From a virus (taxonomy: Duplodnaviria > Caudoviricetes): 64,000 nucleotides of DNA. This document shows positions 38,561 through 46,646 of this stretch, piece by piece. The position numbers and the translations under genes were made by a program. Numbering within the stretch: the stretch's first letter is position 1; each line of letters begins with the position of its first letter. Under the pieces are notes generated by a model, which saw only the letters and a program-made list of their open reading frames with translations, made no database searches and was not told where the DNA came from. The stretch spans positions 19,923 through 83,922 of IMG/VR virus record IMGVR_UViG_3300042521_003909; one strand, written 5' to 3'.

Positions 38561-38602
38561 AACGGTGAGTCGCCCTAAAAAAGCGGCTCACCGTTGTGTT
38601 TT
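38561..38602 (+). terminator. Intrinsic terminator
   Basis: AACGGTGAGTCGC/GCGGCTCACCGTT stem followed by a T-rich tail. Confidence 0.65.
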
Positions 38603-38641
38603 CGTATCACGATTGCTAATAGCCGGATATTAGCCAATGGG

Positions 38642-38890
38642 ATGCCTGAACCAAGAATCAATCAAGCCACTCAAACCATTGGCAACGGACTCGCTTGGGA
38701 CACCAAGAATGGGCTGCTTGCACATTTTCTTTCTAGTCCTTCCACGACTGTGTGTGGACGAGATGTGACCGGTGGCGCTTCTTACGGTTGGTATCCGGGC
38801 AAGCAGGATGAAAAAACTAGGATTTGTCCTGACTGCGCAAAACGCAAAACTGTTCCCGTAGCTCAGTTGGATAGAGCAGCCGCCTTCTAA
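38642..38890 (+). CDS. Possible small Zn-finger protein overlapping tRNA-Arg
   Basis: H..CG..CPDC; stop codon lies in the tRNA anticodon loop. Confidence 0.4.
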   Translation: MPEPRINQATQTIGNGLAWDTKNGLLAHFLSSPSTTVCGRDVTGGASYGWYPGKQDEKTRICPDCAKRKTVPVAQLDRAAAF

Positions 38891-38925
38891 GCGGCAGGTC
38901 GTTGGTTCGAACCCAACCGGGAATG
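38852..38925 (+). tRNA. tRNA-Arg(TCT)
   Basis: GTTCCCG..CGGGAAT; GCCGC-CTTCTAA-GCGGC. Confidence 0.92.
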
Positions 38926-38926
38926 C

Positions 38927-38954
38927 TTGACAACGCAGAGAGCGATGCTATAAT
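38927..38954 (+). promoter_or_regulatory. sigma70-type promoter upstream of the tmRNA unit
   Basis: TTGACA-16-TATAAT. Confidence 0.6.
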
Positions 38955-39005
38955 ATACATGTCACTTTTCTATTCTTCAGTTACCTTTTACAAAAGGAGT
39001 TCAAC

Positions 39006-39296
39006 ATGAGTCATATCTCTGTTCGTAGTTCTTCTATTCGCCTGACTGACGAAAGCGCATCTCCTCGTCAGCGCCTTCATGGTTGGGTCTTTCCTCCTAG
39101 TCCTGTTACGCAGGGAGTGCTTGTGGGCATGAATGATGCTCTTGCAGAAGAGATCATCGGCATGATCCGTGATTGCTGCTCTGATGACAACGGCAACATG
39201 ATTCTTGAAGGACAAAATGGCGATCTGCTTACTTTTGCTAGCCGTCTTGAGCAGAACATTGCTCAGAAGGCAATGCGGAAAACAGATCGTGACTAA
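39006..39296 (+). CDS. Hypothetical protein
   Basis: AAGGAG RBS. Confidence 0.6.
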   Translation: MSHISVRSSSIRLTDESASPRQRLHGWVFPPSPVTQGVLVGMNDALAEEIIGMIRDCCSDDNGNMILEGQNGDLLTFASRLEQNIAQKAMRKTDRD

Positions 39297-39337
39297 AGGA
39301 CTTTTTACAAGCCCATTGAAATATGGGTCTGTATGAA

Positions 39338-39694
39338 GGGGCTGAAATGGTTTCGATTGCGAAAGGGTTATTCGATACTGCACGACGAGGCTGATGGGCA
39401 ACTCGTAAAAAGCCGATCAAAACAACAACCGCCAACGAATCGTTGATGGCTGTCGCTGCTTAAGCAGCAAAGACTTTAGACGGTGTGGCGCTTGCCCCTA
39501 AAGTCTCGTTAAGAGTGCCAATCAGCGTACTGCGAAGCCTTAGCGTACAAGGCGCTGAAAACTATATTATGAACTCTAAGGCTATCAGAGGACTCATGGT
39601 ACGAGGACTCTTCTGATGGACGGACTCGTACCTAGCGTGGAGAAGGTTCGATAGCAGTTTCGTCAACACAGGGGTTCGACTCCCCTCGGCTCCA
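39338..39694 (+). ncRNA. ssrA: tmRNA; tag ORF 39431..39463 encodes (A)ANESLMAVAA
   Basis: 5' GGGGCTGAAATGGTTTCGA; 3' AGGGGTTCGACTCCCCTCGGCTCCA with a G3-U70 Ala determinant; resume codon GCC; tag ends in AA-stop. Confidence 0.92.
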
Positions 39695-39703
39695 TTCAGC
39701 AAC

Positions 39704-39738
39704 GCCCTCGCTCAGTTAATCCTGAGCGGGGGCTTTTC
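39704..39738 (+). terminator. Intrinsic terminator after tmRNA
   Basis: GCCCTCGCTCAG/CTGAGCGGGGGC followed by TTTT. Confidence 0.7.
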
Positions 39739-39764
39739 TAACAGTATCAGCAGAAAGGATAAAA

Positions 39765-40007
39765 ATGGATTTGCTCTACGGGATGGGAATGGTGGCGTGT
39801 TCAGTTGCTTCAGTTTACTTTGGCTGGAAGTTCGGCTACGCACAGGGGTCAAAAGATGGGCACAAGACTGGATACGATCACGGGGTATCCGCAACTATTC
39901 ATGCAAACAAAAACGCGATCTTTCGTCAGAACAAAAGTCGTGTCATGTACGGACCAAAGAAAATCGTGAGTGAAAAAACCAAGCCAGAAGAAGTATGGAT
40001 TGGTTGA
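39765..40007 (+). CDS. Small membrane protein
   Basis: N-terminal TM segment; GYAQGSKDGHKTGYDHG repeats. Confidence 0.55.
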   Translation: MDLLYGMGMVACSVASVYFGWKFGYAQGSKDGHKTGYDHGVSATIHANKNAIFRQNKSRVMYGPKKIVSEKTKPEEVWIG

Positions 40008-40166
40008 GATTTCGTATCACTTTCTTTCTGAGTGGATATTAGTAGGTGGGAGATTAGCTCAGCGGTCAAGAGCAGGCGACTCTCTCATTCTTTGACAATC
40101 GAATAGGTAAACATTTCCCATTTTTAACTGGGACTTTAGCTCAGCGGCCTAGAGCTGACGACTCAT

Positions 40167-40939
40167 CTGAACCCTCAATGAAGGTTCAAATGATAAAGTA
40201 CGATAATAACTACCGTGCTTTATCATGGAGGTTCATTATGGGTAACAGAAAGTCAGTAAGAGATTTGAATGGGTACAGGATTATCTACTTGCCAGATCAT
40301 CCAAAGGCAATGAAAACAGAAAACTGGGACGGGTATGTATATGAACACATAGCCGTAGCAGAAACTTGCCTAGGAAGACCGTTACAGGTAGATGAGGTTG
40401 TTCATCACTTAGACGGTGATCGGACAAATAATAGATCCTGCAATCTTCTTGTTATCACAAGAGGAGAACATTCAAAGTTAGAGAACTGGCTTTCATGTGG
40501 TGCGCCGTCATCGAAAGTTGACGGATTGAATCGGATGAAATCAGGGAAACCTAAGTGGAAAAAAGCGGAGTATTGCAATATCTGCAACAAGACTCTTCAA
40601 GGTAAGCAAAAGAACTGCTGCTCAAAAGAGTGTAGTGATTTGTTTTGCCGAAAAGTGACGCGTCCATCGAAAGATGAGTTGCTTGAAGATTTAAGTTCAA
40701 AGTCGATATTGTCCATAGGCAAAAAGTACGGTGTTAGCGATAATGCTGTTCGCAAATGGATGAAGCGATACGAAATCCATAAGGCAATCCTGAGCCAAGT
40801 CACCGATACATCGGTGAAAGGTGCAGAGACTACTGGAGAGGTTCAGTCCTCTTAATCACCAGATTAGCGTCCGACACCTAAGGTGACAAAACTAAGGTGA
40901 TGATATAGTCCAAGGAGTAGCGAAAGTTACACAAACTTG
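40167..40939 (+). mobile_element. Group I intron (IC3, Azoarcus tRNA-Ile type)
   Basis: 5' splice after U, terminal G; IGS GTG ~40497; CAGGGAAACCTAAG, GGCAATCCTGAGCCAAG, GGTGCAGAGACTA, GATATAGTCC; P3 TCGGATG/CGTCCGA; P9 GTAGC-GAAA-GTTAC. Confidence 0.9.
40238..40855 (+). CDS. Intron-encoded HNH endonuclease with Zn finger and HTH
   Basis: GGAGG RBS; YVYEH..VHHLDGDRTNN..NL..EH; CNIC..CCSKEC; IGKKYGVSDNAVRKW. Confidence 0.85.
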   Translation: MGNRKSVRDLNGYRIIYLPDHPKAMKTENWDGYVYEHIAVAETCLGRPLQVDEVVHHLDGDRTNNRSCNLLVITRGEHSKLENWLSCGAPSSKVDGLNRMKSGKPKWKKAEYCNICNKTLQGKQKNCCSKECSDLFCRKVTRPSKDELLEDLSSKSILSIGKKYGVSDNAVRKWMKRYEIHKAILSQVTDTSVKGAETTGEVQSS

Positions 40940-41128
40940 AATCGTCTGGTCACAGGTTCGAATCCTGTAAGTCCCATTAGGAAAATGTTTACTTGTTTGA
41001 TTTTAAAGATGAGATTGCGCTTGGTCGTGGGTTCGAACCCCACATCTCCCATTATGCGTAAAAGCATCAAACTACTACCTTGGAAAATGTCTCTGAGGCT
41101 GCATGAGGAAACCTACGAAGGAAAGAAA

Positions 41129-41461
41129 ATGTGCGAAAATAACAAGACTTCTTTGATTCTGTTTAGCATTGGCGCAGGAATGCTTTTTGGCGCTGCCGCA
41201 ACGATGAGCGGCAATGTCTATTCAATGTACTTTTTGCTTGGCTCCCAGTTCTTTATCATCGCTGGCGCTATCTCTAGTTCCGCACACTTTACTCGTCGCT
41301 TTGACGAAGTGAGAGTGGACATGGAGCGTGAGCGCCGTGATATGTACAGCAGCATTCACGCAGGAGAAGACAACACGCAGACTGAGATGGATGCACTGCG
41401 CCGTGAACTGGCTGAGGTTGAGCGCCGCATTTGCACTCCTAAACAGAAAGGCACGAACTGA
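41129..41461 (+). CDS. Membrane protein with coiled coil
   Basis: Two TM segments followed by a coiled coil. Confidence 0.55.
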   Translation: MCENNKTSLILFSIGAGMLFGAAATMSGNVYSMYFLLGSQFFIIAGAISSSAHFTRRFDEVRVDMERERRDMYSSIHAGEDNTQTEMDALRRELAEVERRICTPKQKGTN

Positions 41462-41778
41462 TGTCTCGTCGCCCAAGCAACTCCAAGTGTGGTCTTGACA
41501 GACTCGCTGTGTTGAATGGCGAAAGTGCAGGACAGTATGTTCGTGTTTGTGAGGACTCTGTGGGTGCTGTTGAGTTCAAGCCAGGTGTATACTCTCGTTC
41601 TGTGAACGACCACGGTTGGGCGTGTCCTCGTGGCTTGGAAGAAGTCAAAACTCAAGGGCTTATCAAGAGTGCTACTTGGGCGATTCGTGCCATCAAGAAA
41701 CGCGCTGAGTCTGGCGATGTTGAGGCTCAGATCATCATTCAGAACTTGACTGACATTATCGGACAAGTTTCTGCTTGA
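41461..41778 (+). CDS. Hypothetical protein
   Basis: TGATG coupling to the previous gene. Confidence 0.55.
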   Translation: MSRRPSNSKCGLDRLAVLNGESAGQYVRVCEDSVGAVEFKPGVYSRSVNDHGWACPRGLEEVKTQGLIKSATWAIRAIKKRAESGDVEAQIIIQNLTDIIGQVSA

Positions 41779-41919
41779 AAAAAGACCAAGTGGGAGGGAT
41801 GGGGTAGCCCCGATTGTCGGAGATCGGGGCTATCTTTTTTAATCTACGATGGCAAACTTTCTGCGGAAAAATGAGAACTTTTCGTACTAGAGCATGATGG
41901 CTGCTGTATACTAGTAGAT

Positions 41920-42183
41920 ATGGAGCGCAATCCGCTATACAGCAAATCAAGACAGACCAGAAGGATCATCAATCAGCCCGATAATAGTCCTTCTTTGCCG
42001 CAGCCAATCCTGAATCCGATGGTGCGAGTCGGACTCTATAACTTGGTGACTGGCAAGAATGCGACTCCTGCTTTTGGCGGTGGTGCTTCATTAAACCAGT
42101 ACTACGACTCATTTGATGCTCAGGGCATGCCGTATCCTGAGTTTGGATTAGACCTCAAAATCAATAAGCCCCCGGAAGGGTGA
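41920..42183 (+). CDS. Hypothetical protein
   Basis: ORF between two terminators. Confidence 0.45.
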   Translation: MERNPLYSKSRQTRRIINQPDNSPSLPQPILNPMVRVGLYNLVTGKNATPAFGGGASLNQYYDSFDAQGMPYPEFGLDLKINKPPEG

Positions 42184-42262
42184 GGGGTTGAGGGTTCGCC
42201 CTCCCCCTCACCCTTTTACTTTTTCCCCTTAGGGGGAACAGGTTGTGGCAGCAAGGACGACC

Positions 42263-43180
42263 ATGCCCATCCGACACCTCGGTTATGCCTGTCAGAACAT
42301 GACTCTTGGGGCTACGAAGCCCGCCTCCAAGCGTGTCTTTACGGACAGAACGCTGCGGATGGATGGTTTCAGCATCCGCAGGGTCAATGAACTCGCACTT
42401 TCCAACTCACGCGATCTTCTGAAGATCATGTGGTGGAATGTCGAGAACGGCATTCACTTCTTCCGCATTGGTTCGGGAATGTTTCCTTTCATGGATCACC
42501 CGGAACTGAAGTACGGGATTGACGATCTTGCCACCGCACACACCATCAAGGGTGTGTTGGCAGGAGTTGGGGAACTTGCTCGTAAGAACAGCATTCGACT
42601 GTCGATGCACCCGGGACCTTACACATGTCTTGCATCTCCTGACGAGTCTGTTGTTGACAAGTCATTGCTGTGCATGGAGATGCACTCGCTTGTGGGCGAT
42701 CTGCTTGGGATGGATGACTTCCCAATCAACATCCATATGGGTGGCGTCTATGACGGCAAGGAAGCATGTGCGGAGCGTTTTGTCCACAACTTCTCACGAC
42801 TTTCTGAAGGAGTCAGGCGCAGAATGACCCTTGAGAACGATGACAAAGAGGGCATGTGGACAATGCGCGATCTGCTTCCTGTTCACGAAAAGACAGGCAT
42901 TCCACTTGTTCTTGACATTCATCATCACTCTCTCAACTCAGGTGGTGATGATCTGAAAGTTGCTGCTGACATTGCTCTTTCAACTTGGGGTGAAAAAACT
43001 CCAAAAGTTCACTATAGTGAACCAAGAGAGGGCAGCCGTCCACAAGCACATGCTGACTTCATTGTGAATGAGATTCCTGAACTTTGTTCAGTCAGACAAT
43101 ATGATGTGATGATTGAGGCAAAGCAGAAGGAACTTGCCCTTCTCAAATATCGAAACCTCTTTTTCCCCCCAACCGCCTGA
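42263..43180 (+). CDS. uvsE: UV damage endonuclease
   Basis: LGYAC, FFRIGS, RLSMHPG, NIHMGG, LENDD, LDIHHH, KVHYS, HAD, MIEAKQKE. Confidence 0.93.
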   Translation: MPIRHLGYACQNMTLGATKPASKRVFTDRTLRMDGFSIRRVNELALSNSRDLLKIMWWNVENGIHFFRIGSGMFPFMDHPELKYGIDDLATAHTIKGVLAGVGELARKNSIRLSMHPGPYTCLASPDESVVDKSLLCMEMHSLVGDLLGMDDFPINIHMGGVYDGKEACAERFVHNFSRLSEGVRRRMTLENDDKEGMWTMRDLLPVHEKTGIPLVLDIHHHSLNSGGDDLKVAADIALSTWGEKTPKVHYSEPREGSRPQAHADFIVNEIPELCSVRQYDVMIEAKQKELALLKYRNLFFPPTA

Positions 43181-43189
43181 GTTTAGACC

Positions 43190-44311
43190 ATGCCAGCACG
43201 CATCTACGACAATCTTTCCGTTCGCATCGCAAGCGTCAGCAACTCTCACTCCGCTGCTCTTATTGGTAGTTCCATTCTTGGTTGGGGTAGTTCTGCCAAG
43301 AACAAGTTGGACTTCCCGAAGGGCGAGTATCAGAGCGTTGCCTGTGGCTTCTCTCACTCCGCTGCCGTTGATACGAGTGGTCGCATTGTGACCATCGGAA
43401 ACGCGCTTGGCGGCAAGTTGAACAGCGGAACGCTGAACAGTCGTGGACAGTTCAAGACTGTGCGCTGCTCTCGCAACTACACCGCCGCTACGCTTGACTG
43501 CTCCGATGGCAAGTATCGCATCGCCGTCTTTGGCGATCAGCGTCAGTACAGCGTTCTTCCCTCTACGGTGTATTCAAAGACCTCAAAGGACGAAGGTGTG
43601 TTCACCTTTGATTCTGCGATTGGAGACTTTGACATCTCTGATGATGGAACCATTGTGATTGACATGGGCAACGGCAGCGTGACCGTGGTCGGAGCAAGCA
43701 TGTACACGGTCAATGGTCTGACTGCACAAGCGGTCAAGGTGCGTTGCGGCGATACGATGAACACCACGACCGTTGCCATCATTCACACGACCGATCAGAA
43801 GGCTTTTGTTCTCACGCGCAATCACCACGGCATGAAGGTGATGACCGAGATTGCGGGTGATGTGACCGATGTTTTCTGCGGGAATAAGTATTACGGCTAT
43901 GTTGTTGCTTGCCGTGAGATCAATCTCGTTGGAGATCATTTCGGAAACATTCGTATTCCCGATGGTTGGCGCATTGAAGGTGTTGATGGTGGGAACAACG
44001 GGTACGCCATCCGTGTGATCGACAACGATTCGGATAAGCACCTTGTTCTTGTTGGCGACAATACGAAGAACAAGGAACTCGTCATCAATGGCTACGATCA
44101 TCGTGAATGCCCCCGTAAGGACGGCATGATCTACGAGATTCGTGAGGCAAAGGTTGCGAAGGCAAAGCCCACGGTGACTGCCGCAGTCAGTACGATTGCT
44201 GAAGATGGCGGCGAGGATTCCGATTACGAGTGTGAGCCTTGCAAGTTCCGCTTTGCAGCATCATCTCCTGTTTGTCCACTCTGCAAGAACGAGGTGACTG
44301 CCAATGTTTGA
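43190..44311 (+). CDS. RCC1/BLIP-II-like beta-propeller protein with C-terminal Zn ribbon
   Basis: SVACGFSHSAAVDTSG repeat; CEPC..CPLC. Confidence 0.6.
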   Translation: MPARIYDNLSVRIASVSNSHSAALIGSSILGWGSSAKNKLDFPKGEYQSVACGFSHSAAVDTSGRIVTIGNALGGKLNSGTLNSRGQFKTVRCSRNYTAATLDCSDGKYRIAVFGDQRQYSVLPSTVYSKTSKDEGVFTFDSAIGDFDISDDGTIVIDMGNGSVTVVGASMYTVNGLTAQAVKVRCGDTMNTTTVAIIHTTDQKAFVLTRNHHGMKVMTEIAGDVTDVFCGNKYYGYVVACREINLVGDHFGNIRIPDGWRIEGVDGGNNGYAIRVIDNDSDKHLVLVGDNTKNKELVINGYDHRECPRKDGMIYEIREAKVAKAKPTVTAAVSTIAEDGGEDSDYECEPCKFRFAASSPVCPLCKNEVTANV

Positions 44312-44445
44312 TCGTGGTTGGTACAACCGGGTTGAGCCAATCATGGATTGGTGGATCAGCAATACTCCACTTTGGATGCAGCCAAAATGGGTGTGGTCGG
44401 TTTATTTCTACGCCCTAGATCGGTTCTGAACCGATAAAGTGATAC

Positions 44446-44530
44446 GGCTTTGTGGCGGAACTGGCAGACGCAGCGGATTCAAAATCCGCCGCCCTCAAAA
44501 GGCGTGAGGGTTCAACTCCCTCCGAAGCCA
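44446..44530 (+). tRNA. tRNA-Leu(CAA)
   Basis: GGCTTTG..CGAAGCC; GCGGA-TTCAAAA-TCCGC; long variable arm. Confidence 0.92.
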
Positions 44531-44532
44531 TC

Positions 44533-44617
44533 GGGACTGTGGCGGAATCGGCATACGCAGCAGACTTAAAATCTGCCGACCTCAAAAGTCTTGTGGGTTC
44601 AAGTCCCACCAGTCCCA
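44533..44617 (+). tRNA. tRNA-Leu(TAA)
   Basis: GGGACTG..CAGTCCC; GCAGA-CTTAAAA-TCTGC. Confidence 0.93.
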
Positions 44618-44648
44618 CTTTTTCCCCCTTTAGGCATGGGTTTCCGGC

Positions 44649-45347
44649 ATGGCTCAGAGGAAGTTTTCCAATCAGGACATCATCAAGGAACTGCGCTCTT
44701 TTATGAAGGAGCGTGATGAATGGAAGGCTGATTTCAACAAGCCAGAGATTCGCAATGTTATTAGCAAACTGTTTGGCTTGAAGAAGTCTCATGTCACTTC
44801 TTCTCCTACCGATTTTGCTCTTGCTCTTGTTAGGAGTGATCTGAATGCGATTTGTTGCATTCCTTCTCTCTATTGGGAGTGGATCAAGGACGAGGCTGAC
44901 AGGCTGATGACGCTACAGCGTGTTGCGGGTACTTACCCGCACAATACTGACGGCGTTCATTTCTGCCTTGTCGCCCTAGAAGGGTGTGAACTTGTTGGAT
45001 GGCAACCTCTTGCCATTCTACTTGCTGCTGGAGTTCGCGTGATTCACGGTCATACCGGAGACTACGACGGGGATTGTCTTTATCTGACATTTCTAGACGA
45101 GAAAGGCAAGGAACTTGACATTGATGACAACTGGGATATTCCAGATTGGCTCATCAGTTCTTCTTCTATTGAAGGGACCAAGGCTCTCCATATCACTTGC
45201 GACATTCTCAAGATGAAGATTGTTTGCGGAGGAGACATGGTTGTGACTCGCGCCTTTGAAGGATGTATCAACATCGCACAAACTGGCAAGATGGCTTATT
45301 CGCTTGATAGCCTGATTACACAAAAGCACAAAGTCTTCCATAAGTGA
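44649..45347 (+). CDS. Hypothetical protein (leaderless)
   Basis: ATG 30 nt after the start of the 44619 element. Confidence 0.7.
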   Translation: MAQRKFSNQDIIKELRSFMKERDEWKADFNKPEIRNVISKLFGLKKSHVTSSPTDFALALVRSDLNAICCIPSLYWEWIKDEADRLMTLQRVAGTYPHNTDGVHFCLVALEGCELVGWQPLAILLAAGVRVIHGHTGDYDGDCLYLTFLDEKGKELDIDDNWDIPDWLISSSSIEGTKALHITCDILKMKIVCGGDMVVTRAFEGCINIAQTGKMAYSLDSLITQKHKVFHK

Positions 45348-45383
45348 CTCGTCTTTTTCCCCCTTTAGCGGTAGGTTTGTTGC

Positions 45384-46601
45384 ATGAGCATCACGGTCAC
45401 ATCTTTCTTTAGCGGTTATAACTGCGCTGCTTTCACCTTGAGTGATGGCTCTGTCCGCATGATTGGCGAGGCGGGTCGTGATGGTGCTTTCGGTTTCTAC
45501 TCTAGGGGCACTCATTCGTGCTGCAAGATCACTCCGAATGGAGTAAATGTCAGCAGCGTGGGGAACAAGAACTTTCACGGACCACCGGAAAACTTTGGTC
45601 ACATTGTTCGATGCATCACCATTTGGGGGATGACTTTCGCCATTGACACTACTGGTCGCCTGTACGCTTGGGGTACTTTCGGCAAGAAGGTGTGGGAGTC
45701 TCTGCCGTTTGATCGCACCTTCAAGGACATCATTTGCGCGAAGTGGGGGACTGTCGTATTTGTGCAGACGAACGGAGAAAATCTGATCTTCAACTTCCGC
45801 AAGGACCCAAGCGCTGAGTTCATGGTGCTTGAAGAAAACGCCAAGAAGTTTGCTCCCATCGCCTCTGCTTCATACGACTCAAGTGGTGGCTACATGATGG
45901 ATGCATCAGGGAATATGCTGTGGTTCCATGACAAGAACCATGAGTTTCGTGGCGATAACAAGAAAGCACCGAAGTGGGTCACTAGCACCGTGAACGGTTG
46001 CATGTGGGCTTCTTTCAGCGAAGGCAATCTGATCTACCGTGATGTGAAGGGTGTTCATGTCGCCTTTTACGACAAGGGCAACCAATACAGGGGAATCAGC
46101 CGAATCGTAGAGGCTGTTCATAATGAGCCAAATAGTCCTGTGCATAACGCGATTGCGGCAGAGGACAACTTCAATACAGGTCATCAGTCCTTTCTCCTGA
46201 GTGACTATTCGATCTTCTCGTATGCCCCTCAGCGATACAACTGGGATAAAGACAGTCAGGGACAATCTCCTGTGTTCTCTGATGGAGTGAAGCAGTTTGA
46301 CAGTAACTTTGTTCTGACGAACAAGGGGGTTGTTATTCCCATATCTAACGAGGCGTGGAGTAGGACCGACATGGTTCTGTCTGCATTCCCTGAATGGGCA
46401 GACAACGAGGACATTGTGTTTGAGATGTGCAAGATTTCTCCCCGCAATCTTGCCTGTGCATCTACGCGACTGCGTAAGGATGTAGAGTTCTCAAAGCGCA
46501 TTGCTGCACTTGGCGCTCATGCTTTCCTTCATATTGACGGCATGGTTCGTCGCAATCGTGAACTGCGCTCGTACAAGCATCTCTATCGTTTGTCGGGCTG
46601 A
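45384..46601 (+). CDS. RCC1-like beta-propeller protein with DUF4116-like C-terminus (leaderless)
   Basis: TFAIDTTGRLYAWG; DNEDIVFEMCK..LACASTRLRKDVEF. Confidence 0.6.
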   Translation: MSITVTSFFSGYNCAAFTLSDGSVRMIGEAGRDGAFGFYSRGTHSCCKITPNGVNVSSVGNKNFHGPPENFGHIVRCITIWGMTFAIDTTGRLYAWGTFGKKVWESLPFDRTFKDIICAKWGTVVFVQTNGENLIFNFRKDPSAEFMVLEENAKKFAPIASASYDSSGGYMMDASGNMLWFHDKNHEFRGDNKKAPKWVTSTVNGCMWASFSEGNLIYRDVKGVHVAFYDKGNQYRGISRIVEAVHNEPNSPVHNAIAAEDNFNTGHQSFLLSDYSIFSYAPQRYNWDKDSQGQSPVFSDGVKQFDSNFVLTNKGVVIPISNEAWSRTDMVLSAFPEWADNEDIVFEMCKISPRNLACASTRLRKDVEFSKRIAALGAHAFLHIDGMVRRNRELRSYKHLYRLSG

Positions 46602-46646
46602 AACGAACTTCCTCACTTTTTCCCCCTCCCACCGAGGCTTTGAGGC

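Larger units (their letters stand above)
40130..40976 (+). tRNA. tRNA(CAT), most likely Ile2; exons 40130..40166 and 40940..40976
   Basis: Spliced product GGGACTT..GACGA-CTCAT^AA-TCGTC..AAGTCCC-A forms a clean cloverleaf. Confidence 0.88.
40048..41051 (+). ncRNA. Split tRNA-Ile-like shell (5' half 40048..40082, 3' half 41018..41051) joined by a ~35-bp stem; no canonical anticodon loop
   Basis: GGGAGAT/ATCTCCC-A acceptor; GCTC/GAGC D-arm; GTGGG-TTCGAAC-CCCAC T-arm; arms 40083..40118 and 40980..41014 are complementary. Confidence 0.75.

Noticed and set aside
34262-38591. Long minus-strand ORFs (34262..35392, 35720..36883, 37731..38591; likewise 51206..52294, 54856..55788, 62359..63378)
   Set aside because: Antisense shadows of codon-biased + strand genes with recognisable motifs; no RBS or family features of their own
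40048-41051. Outer tRNA as an amber suppressor or a canonical BHB-spliced tRNA
   Set aside because: A CTA anticodon arises only from an arbitrary junction giving U37 and an A31-G39 mismatch; no strict bulge-helix-bulge; genes end normally at TAG, so there is no sign of recoding
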